Below the pieces are notes generated by a model, which searched no databases, was not told the DNA's origin, and saw only the letters and a program-made list of their open reading frames with translations. DNA of 64,000 nt, from NCBI GenBank assembly GCA_010405405.1, contig MU004230.1, positions 530,627 through 594,626 of the forward strand, written 5' to 3'. Of the stretch, positions 25,802 through 39,499 are shown one piece after another (within the stretch, counting starts at the first letter, position 1; each line of letters begins with the position of its first letter). The position numbers were made by a program, and so were the translations under genes. The stretch is from Microthyrium microscopicum (taxonomy: Eukaryota).

Positions 25802-26379
25802 AGACACTTATATAATCTATACTATAATCGCCTTAACGGATTTTTAGATTTCTATTTATTCTTTAATTATACTATTACTATATATAAATTATTAAATTTT
25901 CTTATAAAAGGCTACTAAGTAAGTAATTATATATATAAAAATTAGGTTTATTTTAAGATTTAATGCTAACTACGTTCTATAAAAATCTCTCTATTTTATC
26001 TTACTTTAAGGAGCCTAACTTAGTAAAAGTTAATAACTATATAATCTTTTATATATATACGTATAACTACTATTTACTATTACTACTCCTATTATCTTTT
26101 CGTCCCTTCTCTTATATCTAATATATTTATAAAATACATTTATAACGCTTTATTTCGTATTATTAGCTAGTAATACTATTAGCTTTTCTATTATTACTTC
26201 TAGTAGTAATACTATTAATAAGTTCGTATTAGCTATAGCTTTATACTTTTACTATTCTCTTTACGTATTTATCTTAATCTTAAGGTCTATATTATATAAA
26301 TATATATTAATTATATTATATAATATATTAAACTATTCTAATTATATATAAGCCCTTTTAAATAATGCGCTAGATATTA

Positions 26380-26680
26380 CTAAAGACATATTAAACGTAT
26401 CTAAAGATATATTAAATATGTCTAAAGACGTATTAAACGTTTTAAACGATAAGTCTAAACGTTTCTTATAATATATTAAACGTTTATTATATTTTACTAA
26501 ACGTTTGTTATATCTTATTAAACGTTTGTTATATCTTATTAAACGTTTATTATATCTTATTAAACGTTTATTATATTATAAGAAATGTTTCTATAACGTA
26601 TTAAACGTTTTTATAATATATTAAAACTTTTACTAGTTATTTATTAGATATTTTATATATTCTAAACGTTTTATAACGTC
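26380..26680. repeat. 21-bp-period tandem array built on TAAACGTT
   Basis: Five units TAAACGTTT(G/A)TTATATCTTAT-like starting at 26477, 26498, 26519, 26540 and 26561, preceded by three CTAAAGACRTATTAAACGT-like units at 26380, 26401 and 26422. Confidence 0.85.
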
Positions 26681-26794
26681 TTAACTAAATAAAAGTATTA
26701 GATATTAACCCCTATCTACTACTCTATATATAAAGGCTATACGTTAGTATTACTAATATAGATATAGTTAATTAGAGACTTATATACTATTATT

Positions 26795-29700
26795 ATATCT
26801 AGTACTAAGCGTAAACGTAAGAGTAAACGTAATAAGGTTATAAGTAGATCTAAAAGCTAGACTAAGAATCTACGTTATTATAATATAAAGGTAGCTTAGA
26901 GAGATCTACTAAATAGGCCTAAATAAAATATATTTTTCCTTAGCTCTATTAGCAAACGTACTTATTCTACTTCTTATAGCTCTATATTATCTATAGCTAC
27001 TAAATTTAATAAAACTACTACTAGTAGTTAAGGTAATAATATAGCTAATTATTATAATAGTACTACTTATAGTAATAGCAATAGTAATAGAGATAGTAAT
27101 ACTAATAACTATATTAATAGGGATATAACTAGCAATATAGCTAATAGTACTAGTACTAGTACTTATAATAATAAAATTAATAATAATCTTATTAATAGTA
27201 ATAACGCTATTAGTATTAATTCTATTATATATCTACTTAGTCTATAATATGCTATTATACTAGATAAGTAAGTAAAGTACTTATAAGATTTTAATACTAT
27301 AATTAAAGTTTCTATACTTCTAACTATCTTTACTAATATACTTACTTAAGAGAATAATAAAGCTAGTATTAATATTACCTCTTTAGGCTAATAGTATTAT
27401 AAAGATTTTATAAAAGCTTTATTTAAAAGATTACTATATATATAGGAAAGTAAAAGGTTAGAAGCTAAGCTAAGGTAGGTAGAATCTCTATATTATATAA
27501 TTTTTAAGCAATAAGATATTATACTTATTACTAAGACTAAATATAGTAAAAGTATTATCTTTTAAGCTTTTAGTATTCTTATTAGTAAGGTTATTCTCTA
27601 GGCTATTCTCTTTACTTTACTAGGTTTAGAGTAGTATAAAGATATTACGTAGCTTCTTAGTATAAACCTAGCTATTATTTATTTAAGGTTAATACTTAAT
27701 AAATACGCTTAAGTCTATTATAAGTTACTTAATAGTACTATTACGTATTATCTACTTTCTTCTAAATAATTAATTAGTAAGTATATATAAAAACTACTTT
27801 AAGATCCTTAATTCCAAAATAGACTTAGTCTAGTTATTATTAATAAGGAACATCTTATTAAAGACTAAAGGAAATTCTTTTAAAAGGAATATTCTTAACT
27901 TTATATACTTTAAGATATTATTCCTTATTTCGTCATTTAGTTTAGTTACTTAGAGACTTTAATAGTAAAAGCTAAGAAGTTTTTACTTAATAAAGAAGAA
28001 TTCTAGCTATATAAAGAATACTAAGATATTACTTATACTACTAGGTTTATTTATACTACTATTAATAGGCTAAATTTAGGTTTTTAACTTTTATATATCC
28101 TAAAAGGGAAGCTTAGTAATTAGTTAAGGTTAAATATAGTCCTTAGTTAAGCTATTTAGAATCCTACTAATAGAGATTTATTTATAATATCTAAGTTTAT
28201 ACTATTAACTATAATTTTCTTAGATAAGCTATTAAATATAATATCTATTCTTAATTACCTATAATAAGCCTTAGTAAAGTTATATTCTAACTTTACCTAA
28301 AGTAATTAGCTTTCCTTAGCTAATATTTATACTATTATTTAATAGTATACTAAATTAACTTAGAATTTTAATTAAGATTTATAGTATATTTAGCTTAAGT
28401 AGTTTAATTCGTTTTGCTATATTATAGTTACTATAACTACCTTTAGCATAGGCGTTAATATTCTAAATATATATTACGTTATAATATAAGGTCTTTTATA
28501 AAGTAGAGTATTAGCTAATCTAGTTTAGAAGATTAGTTAAGTTAGTTATTCTAAAGCTAGTTATATTCTTCCTCTTCTATTAGAAATAGGTTTAAACTTA
28601 CTATTACCTATCTTACCTAATCTAGATAATAAAACTTTCTCTAGAGTTAGGCTATTTAATTATATTCCTTTTTATTTATTAGTTATTATTTTTCTACTAT
28701 ACTAGTTATTTAATACTTAAAGGTAGTATCTAGTACTAAAGTCTTCTTATAAGAAAGTAGATAATATATATATAGTAGTAACTACTCTTTAGGCTAATAT
28801 TAGTAAGGTTAATACTAAGGGCTATTTACTATTAGCTTTTAAGTTACTCTATATAATATAAAATACTAATTTTGCTACCTAACTAAGTACTTTAGTTACT
28901 ACTTAAGAAGCCTAGGCGTCTATTAATCTACTTAGTAGTTTAGCTATTATAGCCTCTATTAGTTATAATCTAAAAAGTAATAGATTATTAGACTAAATAT
29001 GCGTAGAAATTAGGTATAGAGCTATAATTAATTCTATTTAATTAAAGTTAGTTAATAGTACGCTATTATTAGATTCTAACCTTAGTTAGCCTTACTATTA
29101 CTATTAAGTTATCCTAGACTACCTAAGAGACGTTAAATATTATTAAGGTACTCTTATTAATTATAATTAATATTATAATATATATTAGCTAGATAAATTT
29201 ATTATATTACTATCTTAGCTTATTATAAAGAAGAAGCTTATAATTCCTTATATAAAAACGTAAAGGCAATATACCTTTAATAGCTTAAAATAATAAGCTA
29301 CTACGTAGTTAGATAAAAAGTATCTAATTACTTATTAATAGCTCTTATTTAGAGAGTTTTAGTATATAGGCTAAATTAAGTTAGTTACTTTAAGTATCTT
29401 TTAGGATTTTACTAACTTTCTATCTCTTATAGATAATTCTATAAACCTAAATACTATATAGAATTAAATATATCTTATATATTCTCTTTTATAAAAGTAA
29501 AGAGTTATAAATATAGCTACTTATAGCTAATTATTAACCTTTCTTATTAGTTCTAACTATTAAGCTTGCTATATAGTAGCGTTTAAATATAATAGACTTT
29601 TTAGGCGAGTTAGTTCTATAGTGCTATTATATTTATCTTTTATAATTCTAAGTTTTAGTACTTATTACTATCCTTCTAAAGAAGTTAAGCCTATTAGTTC

Positions 29701-30223
29701 CTTACTAGTAGACTATTTGCTAGGTTAGGTTACTTTAAGGTTTAGGTAGTTATTACCTATTATACGTTTAGCTACTTCTATCTTAGCCTCTTAACTAGTA
29801 TTTTCTTTATTATTATTATCTTAGCCTTTAGTAGTATCGTCTATACTTAGACTATTATTTTAAACTAAAACTAGGGTATCTCTTAATTTAAAGAAAAAAT
29901 AAGGAAGAGATTATCCTTATAAACCTAGATTAGTCTTTAAACTTTTAGTTAATAGTAGTCTTTCTTAACCTTTACTTATAATGCTAACTACTTCTTAATA
30001 TAATAGTAGTACTTTATATTCTTCTTTACCTAATATAGTTCTAGACTTATTCTTATTATATATACTATTACTAAATAAGCTTATAGAGTATTAGTTACTA
30101 AACTATTTAAGTAGCCTCTTACTCTATAATACTAAAAGTAGTTAGTTAAGCTTATTATCTTATTCTCTAGTAATTAGTAATTATAGTAGAAAGTAATAAT
30201 AGAAATTAGAAACTAGACGTTAG
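26795..30223 (+). pseudogene. RIP-inactivated RecQ-family (SF2) DNA helicase, ~1,140 codons
   Basis: All motifs lie in one frame and are recovered by reverting transitions. Motif I ACT AAG ACT AAA TAT AGT AAA AGT (27530-27553, ~AKTGYGKS). Motif II ATT AAT AAG GAA CAT...GAC TAA AGG...TTT TAA AAG GAA TAT (from 27839, ~IDEEHLIKDWG.FRKEY). HTTIDRPNL near 28050. Motif V ~IVATTAFGMGVNIPDV (~28420-28470). Motif VI ~QKIGRVGR (28526-28549). Zn domain ~CRRQVILDYLG...CCDVC (29090-29185). Start ATA(<ATG) followed by a TKRKR basic patch. End coordinate is approximate. Confidence 0.85.
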
Positions 30224-31149
30224 CCTCTATATAATAATCTTAATTACTATTTTCCTTTATCTTTACCTTCTATGAATAGTCTAAATATTATACTATATAA
30301 GAGGACATAATATAGCTTAGTTATTTTATAGCAAACCTAAGTAATTAATTTATTCCTAATGCTTTCTTATAGTTTAGGAGAGACTACTATACTAAGAGAT
30401 AAGTTATCTTCTATATACTTATCTTATCCTTTTAATTTAGATACCTTTATTAATAAGCTAGTATATTAAGAAATAACTAAAAGTAGCTAAAAAGTACGCT
30501 AGTTTAAGTATGTATTAGAAAATTTATTCCCTTATTAATATATTTAATAATATTTCTATATTTTATATATTATTAGATAGCCTTAATTATTATTAGGTTA
30601 TTTATCTTATAGTATTAAGTATATACTAAGTTTTATAAAGGATAGTTAAGATTTTAGAAACTTTTTATATATTTATACTTAAAATAATATAGCTATTACT
30701 AATTATTATATTATTATTTATAGAGTTACGTAGATCCTATTTATTAGTATTAAAGGTTATTAATATTAACTATATTTCTTTATATATACTTTTAATGCTA
30801 TCTATATAATACTAATAGTATATCTATCTTAATAGATTTTAAACTATAATTCTATAATGTTCTTTATATCCTTCTCTTACCTTAGCTATCTTAGATAGTA
30901 CTACTCTTTATTACTTTATCTTATTCTTAATTATCTATATATTATTATTATCCTTATTATATATTAAATTTTATCTTTAAATATTTAGTTATATACTTTC
31001 TCTTTTAAAATAATTTAATAATTAAACGTTATTAAACGTTTTAATTAATAAATCTTAGAAAGTACGTTATAAAGTATTCTATTAATAAGATTAAAACTCC
31101 TATTAGATTATATCTTCTATTACCTTCTCTTTTAAAACCTAACTTCTTA

Positions 31150-34100
31150 TTAATTTAAATTTACTATTAAATTATTTCTAAAGTTTACTAACCTTTTAAA
31201 TAGTAAGAATATTTAAGGATTATTATTATAAGTAGTTAGTAGTAACTATTATTAACTAAATAGATAATATTATTTATATAGATACCTTTAGTCTATATAA
31301 TCTATTATTTATAAAATCTTTTACCCTCTATATCTTTTTCCTCTCTCCTAAGTATTACTCTTTTAGCTTTAACTTATCTTTATAAGTTATTTAGTATCTA
31401 TTATATCTTTAAGTCTTATTATTTAGCCTCTAAATAGCCTTTATTATATTCTTAGTTTATCTATCTATTAATAGGTACTTTAAGAAGAGTACTATTTATA
31501 TATTCCTTTATTTAGACGTTTATTATTACTATAAACTATAATCTAGTTACTTTTACCTCTAAAACTCTTTATAAGTTATCTTTTAAGGTTTTTTATTAAG
31601 TATCTAAGTAATAATTTATAGTCTTAATATTATTATACCTTAGTTAATCTTATTAAGTTATAGGCCTAATTTTAGCCTTTATAATAGCTATATTTCTTAC
31701 GCTACTCTTTATTAGTATTATAATTAACCTTTTATTTTAGACTTATTTAATTTATATTTATATAGTTAGGAACTAAATATACTATCTACTCTCTAACTTT
31801 TTTTACTATCTTCCTTATAACTTACTCTTTTATTACCTCTAAGCTCTACTATTTTTATTAAGATATCTTTATTAATTTTTAAATTTACGCTACTTAGTCT
31901 AGATTTTTTATTTTCTCTAAATAAAGAGCTAGGAAATGTTAATATTCTAGCTTCTTCTATTACTTTACTATTAAGATTACTAAATTTATATTATAATAGC
32001 CTTTTATCTTTTATCTAAGAGCTATTAAATATAGCTATATCTATAGGATTAAGTAAAGATAATAATATAGTATCTAAGTAAGAGAATTAACTAAATAATA
32101 ATAAGGTTATTTAATATATAGTTAAGAATAGGCTAACTTTAGATATAGCTCTTACTCTATATTAAGACCTTCCTAAGTATAATAGTAATAAATAGCTATA
32201 TCTAAATAATTAGCTATAGCTTTAGGTATCTTAAGAAACTAAGTCTTTTATTTTAGATTTAGATAAAGATAAGATACTCTTTTATTACGTTCCTTATCCT
32301 CCTATACCTTAATATTCCTCTTCTTTATAGCCTATAATAACTATAATATCTATTTTTATTCCTTAACCTTTATTACTTAGGAAGAATTAAACCTAGTAAT
32401 ACCTTACTTATAATCTAGTAACTAATTAGCTTCTTCTACTAGTATAATTACGTATAGTTTATATCCTCTTTACTCTAATAGATTATAGTATCTTTAGTTT
32501 TACTTAGTATAAACTTATTACTTCCTTACCTAAGTTTTTAAGTATTATATATCTACTATAGATATTTACTCTAACTTTTAAAGAATCTTTAGTTTATAAT
32601 TTAAAGTTTATAGTATTAAACGTTATATCTATACTATATCTAGCTTTTATAGTTTATAAAGCTATTTATATTACTCTTAAAGTTAATTAGCATAATTATA
32701 CTAACTTTAATTATTATAAGTTATATCCTATTAAAGAAGCTTACTAGTATCCTAATATATTAGAGTATTATTACTATCTTTAGTAGTACTTTTATCTTTT
32801 ATTAAGTCTAATAAGTATTAGTATACTTTTAGATTATTTAAGCGTTACTAGTTAATAGGTATTAGGTTATTTAGAAGCTATTCTTATTTCTATACTTTAT
32901 ACTTATTAAGATATAGCTATTAATACTTACTATCGCTACTAAGATTAATAGCGTTAGTTAGAGATAAAAAAAATATAAAGAAAGTAATATAAATCTACTA
33001 ATATTTAGTATATACGTTAGTTATTAGATACTTAGGCTAGGTATATATAATTTACTATTATTATATAGTAAGTTATTAATACTAATATTACTATAAATAT
33101 GCTTTAGCTATAGTAGTAGAGACTAATAGTTTATATTACTATTACTTCTATAACTCTAACCTACTTTTCTTCTTTACCTTCTTAATTTATAGGTTCTTCT
33201 TTATATAATTAACTCTTAGCTTCTTTATAAGCTACGTCTATACTTATGTTAGTTTTCTTATTTCCTACTATTATTTTATTAGTAGAAAGTTTTTTATCTA
33301 TTCTAGCTATTAATACTATACTAAGAGCGTCTTTACCTCTACTAATAAGATTTTCTCTACCTAGGTCTTTAAATAAGAATAGTAATAATAGGGATTTTAA
33401 CCTATTTAGTAATAATTAGGAAATAAATAGTCTATTTATTAATAATAAGTATAATAAATAAGATAGTAGTATTAAGATTTAGGCTATTGTTCTTTTATAG
33501 CTAATTATATATCTATAGACTAAAGCTAAAAACTATATTATAGCTAAACTTAAAAAAGAATTATAGGTTAAAGCTATGCCTACTCTTTAATTACTAGCTT
33601 AGTTACATTATATACTTACGTTAATTCTTTCTTAGCTATTTCTAAATTTATAGTCTAGTTCTCTTATATTAATTTAATATATATTAGGTCTAGTTAAGCT
33701 AATTAGTCTATATATAAGTAATAATAATTATTATTCTCCTCCTATAGCTCGTTACCTATCTTCTTTCTAAGCTTTAATTACCTCTATTATGCCTAGTAAT
33801 TAACTAGTAATAAATACTTTATCTCTAATTCCCTTAACGTTTATTAACTCTTTTCGTTTAATTACTTTTATCTTAACTTCTACTCTTCTAATTAATAATA
33901 CCTATATTATTAATAATTATAGTCTTATACTTCTACCTCTCTATTTATTTTATATCTTAACTTCTACTCTTTCTATTAGTAATACCTATATTGCTAATAA
34001 TTATAGTCTTATATATCTACCTTTTCCTCTATCTCGTCTTATAGATAGTATTCTTTCTACCTTAACTACTATATTATTTAAAGAGTCTAAATAAGGCCCT

Positions 34101-35400
34101 TAAAGTAGGATTCCTTAAGTAGAAACTCTAAATAGTTTACCTTAGTATAACTCTACTTAATTTAGCTAGTAATATTATAAAGATCTAGCTATATATAAGA
34201 ATAATACTAAGTAATATAAATTTTAAGGTATTATAACTATTATAAAGACTAATCTTAGCTATTAAGTTTATAGTAATAATTAATATACGTATTATAAAGA
34301 AAGTAATTATAAATATTAGGTTTATACTAAATAGGGTTATAAGGTTATTAAGAGTATAACTAATAGCTATACTTAGTATTACTTTAAATCCTAAAAGGAT
34401 AGTTACTTATTAATAAATTACGTTTCTAATAAAGGACGCTATATTAAGGCTTAAAGTAAAAAAACTAAGAAGTGTCTAGTAAGTAAAAAGACTTAAAAGT
34501 AGGCTAATAAGAAAAAAGCTTAGTAGTCTTACTAATAATAATTTAGTAATAAAGATTAGAATAAGGACAATAATAGTTAGCAAGTTACGCCTCCTAAAAT
34601 CCTTATCTCTAATCGCTATAGGCCTAAGTATTAAGGACCTTCTTTACTACTTTTACTAAAACTAATAATAGAAGTTTAGTTTCTCTTTTTATATTAATAG
34701 TTAAGTTTAAATTATAGTAATTATAGATTCTATTATATAGTTATAATTATATTTCTATTAAATTCTATTTAAATCTAAATCGTATAGTACCTAAATTATA
34801 TAATCTAATTACTACTACGAAAAATATAGTCTATATACTTTATTATTATAAATTTTATATTGCTTCCTTCTAGCTTCTAGTCTAAGATCCTCTATATATA
34901 TATTCCTATAGCTTCTTTTACTTTTATTAATATATTACTTATATATTCTATATATTTATTATATTTAATAGTAAGCTCCTCTAGTTTTCTAATAACGTTT
35001 TCTACTATTATAGTTTTAGTAGGCTAGTACTATTAAACTTAGAACTCTTAGAGAATAATAGTATAAAGGATCTTTATAGCTAAAAGTAAAGTTATCTATA
35101 ATATTCTAGTTTATACTTTTATCGTCCTAAGTTATAATAGTTATATAGGAAAGTCTAAAAAGAAAGCAAATAATATATTATAGCTAAGAGTAGATTTATT
35201 TATAATACCTTAGTTTATAATTTTACTATTTTAAGTTATAATAGTAGTATAAAAGGTTTAGTAAAAAAGTAAATAATACTAATAGAAGAGTTTAGTAATA
35301 TTAAGATATAAAACTTAGTTTATTAAATATAGGTAACTAAGTATTTATAGTAAGTAGCTATATTATTATTTCTTAGTAAGATTAAGCTAGAGGTAATTAA
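31150..35400 (-). pseudogene. Long RIP-degenerated coding relic of unknown family (with an internal ~84-bp duplication at ~33869-34025)
   Basis: Minus strand is purine-rich with Glu/Lys-type codons held in consistent frames, broken only by TAA/TAG. Relic splice signals near 33620 and 32940-32960. Boundaries approximate. Confidence 0.35.
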
Positions 35401-35710
35401 ATATTTAAATCTCTTATTTATAAAGCTATATTATAATTATTAATAAAGTTAAGTCTTATTATAGCTAGTACACTAGTAAATATACTATAAAAAATATTAA
35501 ACGTTTTAAATATTTTATTATAGATACCTATATAGCCCTAAATTTATTTACCTATTCCTTCTAAATCCTAACTATATTATATACTTTTATATCTTAATCT
35601 TATATTTTTTATAGTAGCTTTAAGAGACTTCCCTTTATATAGGCGTCTAGTAGTATTTATTACTATTTACTTTATTTAAAAGCCTATGTCTTAATATCTA
35701 GAAATATATA

Positions 35711-35810
35711 ATAACGTTTAATAACTTTTAATAACTTTTAACAACGTTTAATAACTTTTAATAATTTTTAATAATATCTAATAATGTTTAATACCTTTTA
35801 ATAATTTTTA
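35711..35810. repeat. 10-bp tandem array (ATAACGTTTA / ATAACTTTTA), ~10 units
   Basis: Directly visible 10-bp periodicity. The reverse-complement unit TAAACGTTAT matches the core of the 26.4-kb array. Confidence 0.85.
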
Positions 35811-36099
35811 AAGCCTTTTATAAATTTTTGCTTTACGTTGCTATATATAACCTTATAATTATCTTTATTTATATTCTTAATTAAAGGCTTTTATCATTTT
35901 TTCTTATACTACTTCTTAACTAACTTTAAATATAGTTATATAGGTTTCCTTTCTTAGGGAAGTAGTTATATTTAACAACTATATATATATTTTAGCTAAT
36001 ATATTTTATAATAAGAAAAAGTTAATATTTTAAGTTTATTATAATTTATTAATACTATAGGCTTACTCTTCCTTCTTTATATTATTCTATTTATTCTTA

Positions 36100-39000
36100 C
36101 TATGCTATCTATATAACTCTTTATATATAAAGTATTATCTATAGTTAGTATTTCTATTTATTACTTTAAGTATCTTTAATTATTCTATATAATTTATTAT
36201 AAGGTATATTCTTAATAATAGCGCTAGCAAGTTATAATTAAGAGAAAGAGTAACTTAGGTAGAATAATATTAAGGAATATTATATTTATATATTAGTAGT
36301 AGAATTAAGCTACTATATAGGTTTAAGTCTTATTTAATTATTAGTAAATCGTATCTAAAATTATATTAATAATAGCTATATAGGTTAAATAGTCTCTATT
36401 ATTTAACTTTACTAAGCTTAATTTTTTAACTTAAAATAATAAGCGTTACTCTTATTTATAGTATTCTATCTAAGAGTTATCTTACTATATATAGTAGCTT
36501 TATCTAATTTATTTACTTTATAATTGCATACTAACCTAATATAAGCTATATTATCTATTAATAATAGTTATTATTAGAAGTATAAGAGTCTTATATTTAC
36601 TTTTTTACAAAAGATTAGAATAACTTTAGTTTCTAAAAAAGGGGAATGCTCTTAATAATATTATTGTTAAAGTGCTTAGTATTATTTATAAGTAACTATA
36701 AGCTATTAGTAATACCTTAGTACCTTAAAAGAGTATAAAATAGTACTTCTTTTCTTTAGCTTCCTTCTCTTCTTTACCTTATAATAATACTTATTTAGAA
36801 TACTAATTAATATTTTAAACTCTTCTCTTACTTAATAATACCTTCTTTTAGTCTCTATAGTAACTTAATATACGTCTAATAATAAAAGCTATATAGTTTA
36901 CCCTATGCTATTCTTTTACGCTTAATATAGTTACGTTTTATAATTCTATTTATTAGCCTTTTCTTACTATTATTTATCTAGCTCTTATTCCTATTATAGT
37001 TTACGTATTAAAAGAAATTAACTATTAATAGCTACTTAATCTTTATTATTACGTAGATTATAGGTTTATATTATTTTATAAAATACTTAGCGCTATTAGC
37101 GTTAGCCTTAGTCTACTATAGAATAATAATTTGCCTTAATATTTATAGTATATTATACTATATTTAGGTAGTTACATTAAATAGCGTAGTTAAGAAAAGT
37201 AGGTTATTATTAACTTCTATAATTCTCTTACTTATTAGATTTTTAAATATATTCTAGTCTTAATTAACGTTAGTTATCTAGTCTTTATACTTGTTAATTT
37301 TACTAACTATCTAGTAAGATATTAATCTATAGGAGATATAAGGTTATAAGCTACGTCTAAATAGTCTTAATAACGATTCTACTAATTACCTCTCTAAAGT
37401 TGCTATCTAATATAGTTAAATACCTCCTAAACTATTAGTTAGGCAAGAATAGTTAACGTCTATTATAAAAGGCGATTCTATTACTAGCATTCTTATTAAT
37501 AGTTATAGATAACTTTATATAAGTTCTAATTAATATAAGTAGTATTAGCGTTACTATTTTATTAATAAATAAGTATTTAGATATTAGTAAGTTATAAAAG
37601 GTTATGTTAGTCTATTTAGATAGTATTATAATAAATATAGATATTGCGTCTTATTTAGTACATTATATAGTCTTATAAGCTTCTATTCCTTACTACTATA
37701 TAATCTTAAATAGCGCTAGCCTTAATTAAGTTAAATAGAGATCTCTTTAGCTCTTTAATTAAAAGGATTAACTTAGAACTAAAGTATTATAATATATATA
37801 TACCTAATAGATTAGCGAAGGAGAATTTAATACTTAGTTATTTAGCTTAGAAATAGCTCTTATTAGCGTAAGTTAGTTATAAGGCTAGTCTTTAGTTAAT
37901 AGAAGGTTACTAGTATAGTTACTATAATATAAAACTATTTAGAGCAAACCCTATTTCTTTATATATAAGTACTATTAGTCTATTAGTTTAATATAGAGAA
38001 GTAGTAGCTATATTACTTTATTTATTCTAAAGTACGCAAAACTTTTTAGCTTATAAGTAATAGCTATTATTAATATCTATTTCTATACGCGCTATAATAT
38101 AATATATAGTTATAAAAGTAGAGTATACTAAATACCTAAGGCTAGGATTAAATTAATCCTTTATAAATTTAATTAACTATTATATATTTTCGTTATATTA
38201 AAGATGCTAGTATCCTAAATTAAATTAAATTAAACTTAGAATAAAAAGAGAACTAATAAAGCATATAAAATAAACCTTCTACCTTACTTTTATACCTAAT
38301 CCTATTTCTTTATTATAAATGCTAATATTATTATCTTTAGCCTTAGAGTAGAGTAACTAACTTTATATATATTAAACTATTAGGATAGTACCTAAGTTAA
38401 AAGATAAGGTCTATTATTATAAATAAATAGTATATAACTTATCTAATCTTTATTTACTTAAAAGTAGTTCTTTTACGAAATATAGTTAGGCGTTATAATA
38501 AGGGTAAAATCTATATATTTAATAGTAGTTATAGACTTTATTAATACTATTAGGTATCTATATATAATATATAGGCTAATAATAATTAGCGTAGGCGTAT
38601 ATCTTCTTTTAACTATTAAAAACTAAGCGATTTAATATATAATAATTAGGGAATAGTTAATCTTTATTTATATTATTAACGTAAATCTATCTATACTTTT
38701 TGTTCTTATGTAAGTTAGCATAACGAACCTATATTAGATAAAGTAATTTAACTTACTAGGTCTTTATTATTAGCCTTTAAGGTATAGTTAACGCTAAAGA
38801 GTATAATAAATATTACGTTAAATATAGTATTTATTTAACTATATTTACTATAGTCCTTAGTATTCTTAAATAGATTAGTTGCATTAACCCTTAAGCTACT
38901 AAGCTTATATACTTAAAGATTATTAAAGTTAATATTATTATTATTAAGTTTGTAGTGCTTAAATATTAGTAGTACTTTAAGGTTGTTATAATTATACTCT

Positions 39001-39200
39001 TTATTTACGTAATAAGTATACTTAAGGAGCATAAGGCAAAAGTTTTATTAAAGAGTTAGTCTATTATTATTAACATACTAGATAACATAATTTATAACCT
39101 TAATAAATCCTTATACTTATAGGTTTATATTAAAATTAAAATCCTTATTCTAATTAAATTTAACTATAGTATATGCTTTAAAGACTATAGCGTATTTATT
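36100..39200 (-). pseudogene. RIP-degenerated coding relic(s) of unknown family
   Basis: A minus-strand frame read manually across ~37860-36640 keeps protein-like codons, with stops only of the TAA/TAG type expected from CAA/CAG/CGA/TGG. No family recognised; boundaries approximate. Confidence 0.3.
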
Positions 39201-39499
39201 AAAGTAGCTTATAATATATTATAAGTAGCTAGTTATATTAAATATTTACTTTTTACTTACTATATGTATAGGAAAAGTTTAGTACTATTTATTTACTATA
39301 GTTACTAATATAATTTAATAATAAGACAAAGAGTTAAAGATAGAATATTATAAGTATAAAAGTATAATAGTATAAAAGTTATAAAATAAGAAAGTTAAAA
39401 GTAATTAGATAGAAAAAAGAGCAAAATAATAAAATAAAAATATTTATAAAAAATACTAAAGGTTTAAATCTTAATTTAGATATAGAAGTATCTAAATAG

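Noticed and set aside
25714..30223. Definite Starship 5' end
   Set aside because: The first gene is a RecQ relic, not a DUF3435 tyrosine recombinase, and TTAC alone is too short to be diagnostic. Kept only as an alternative hypothesis.
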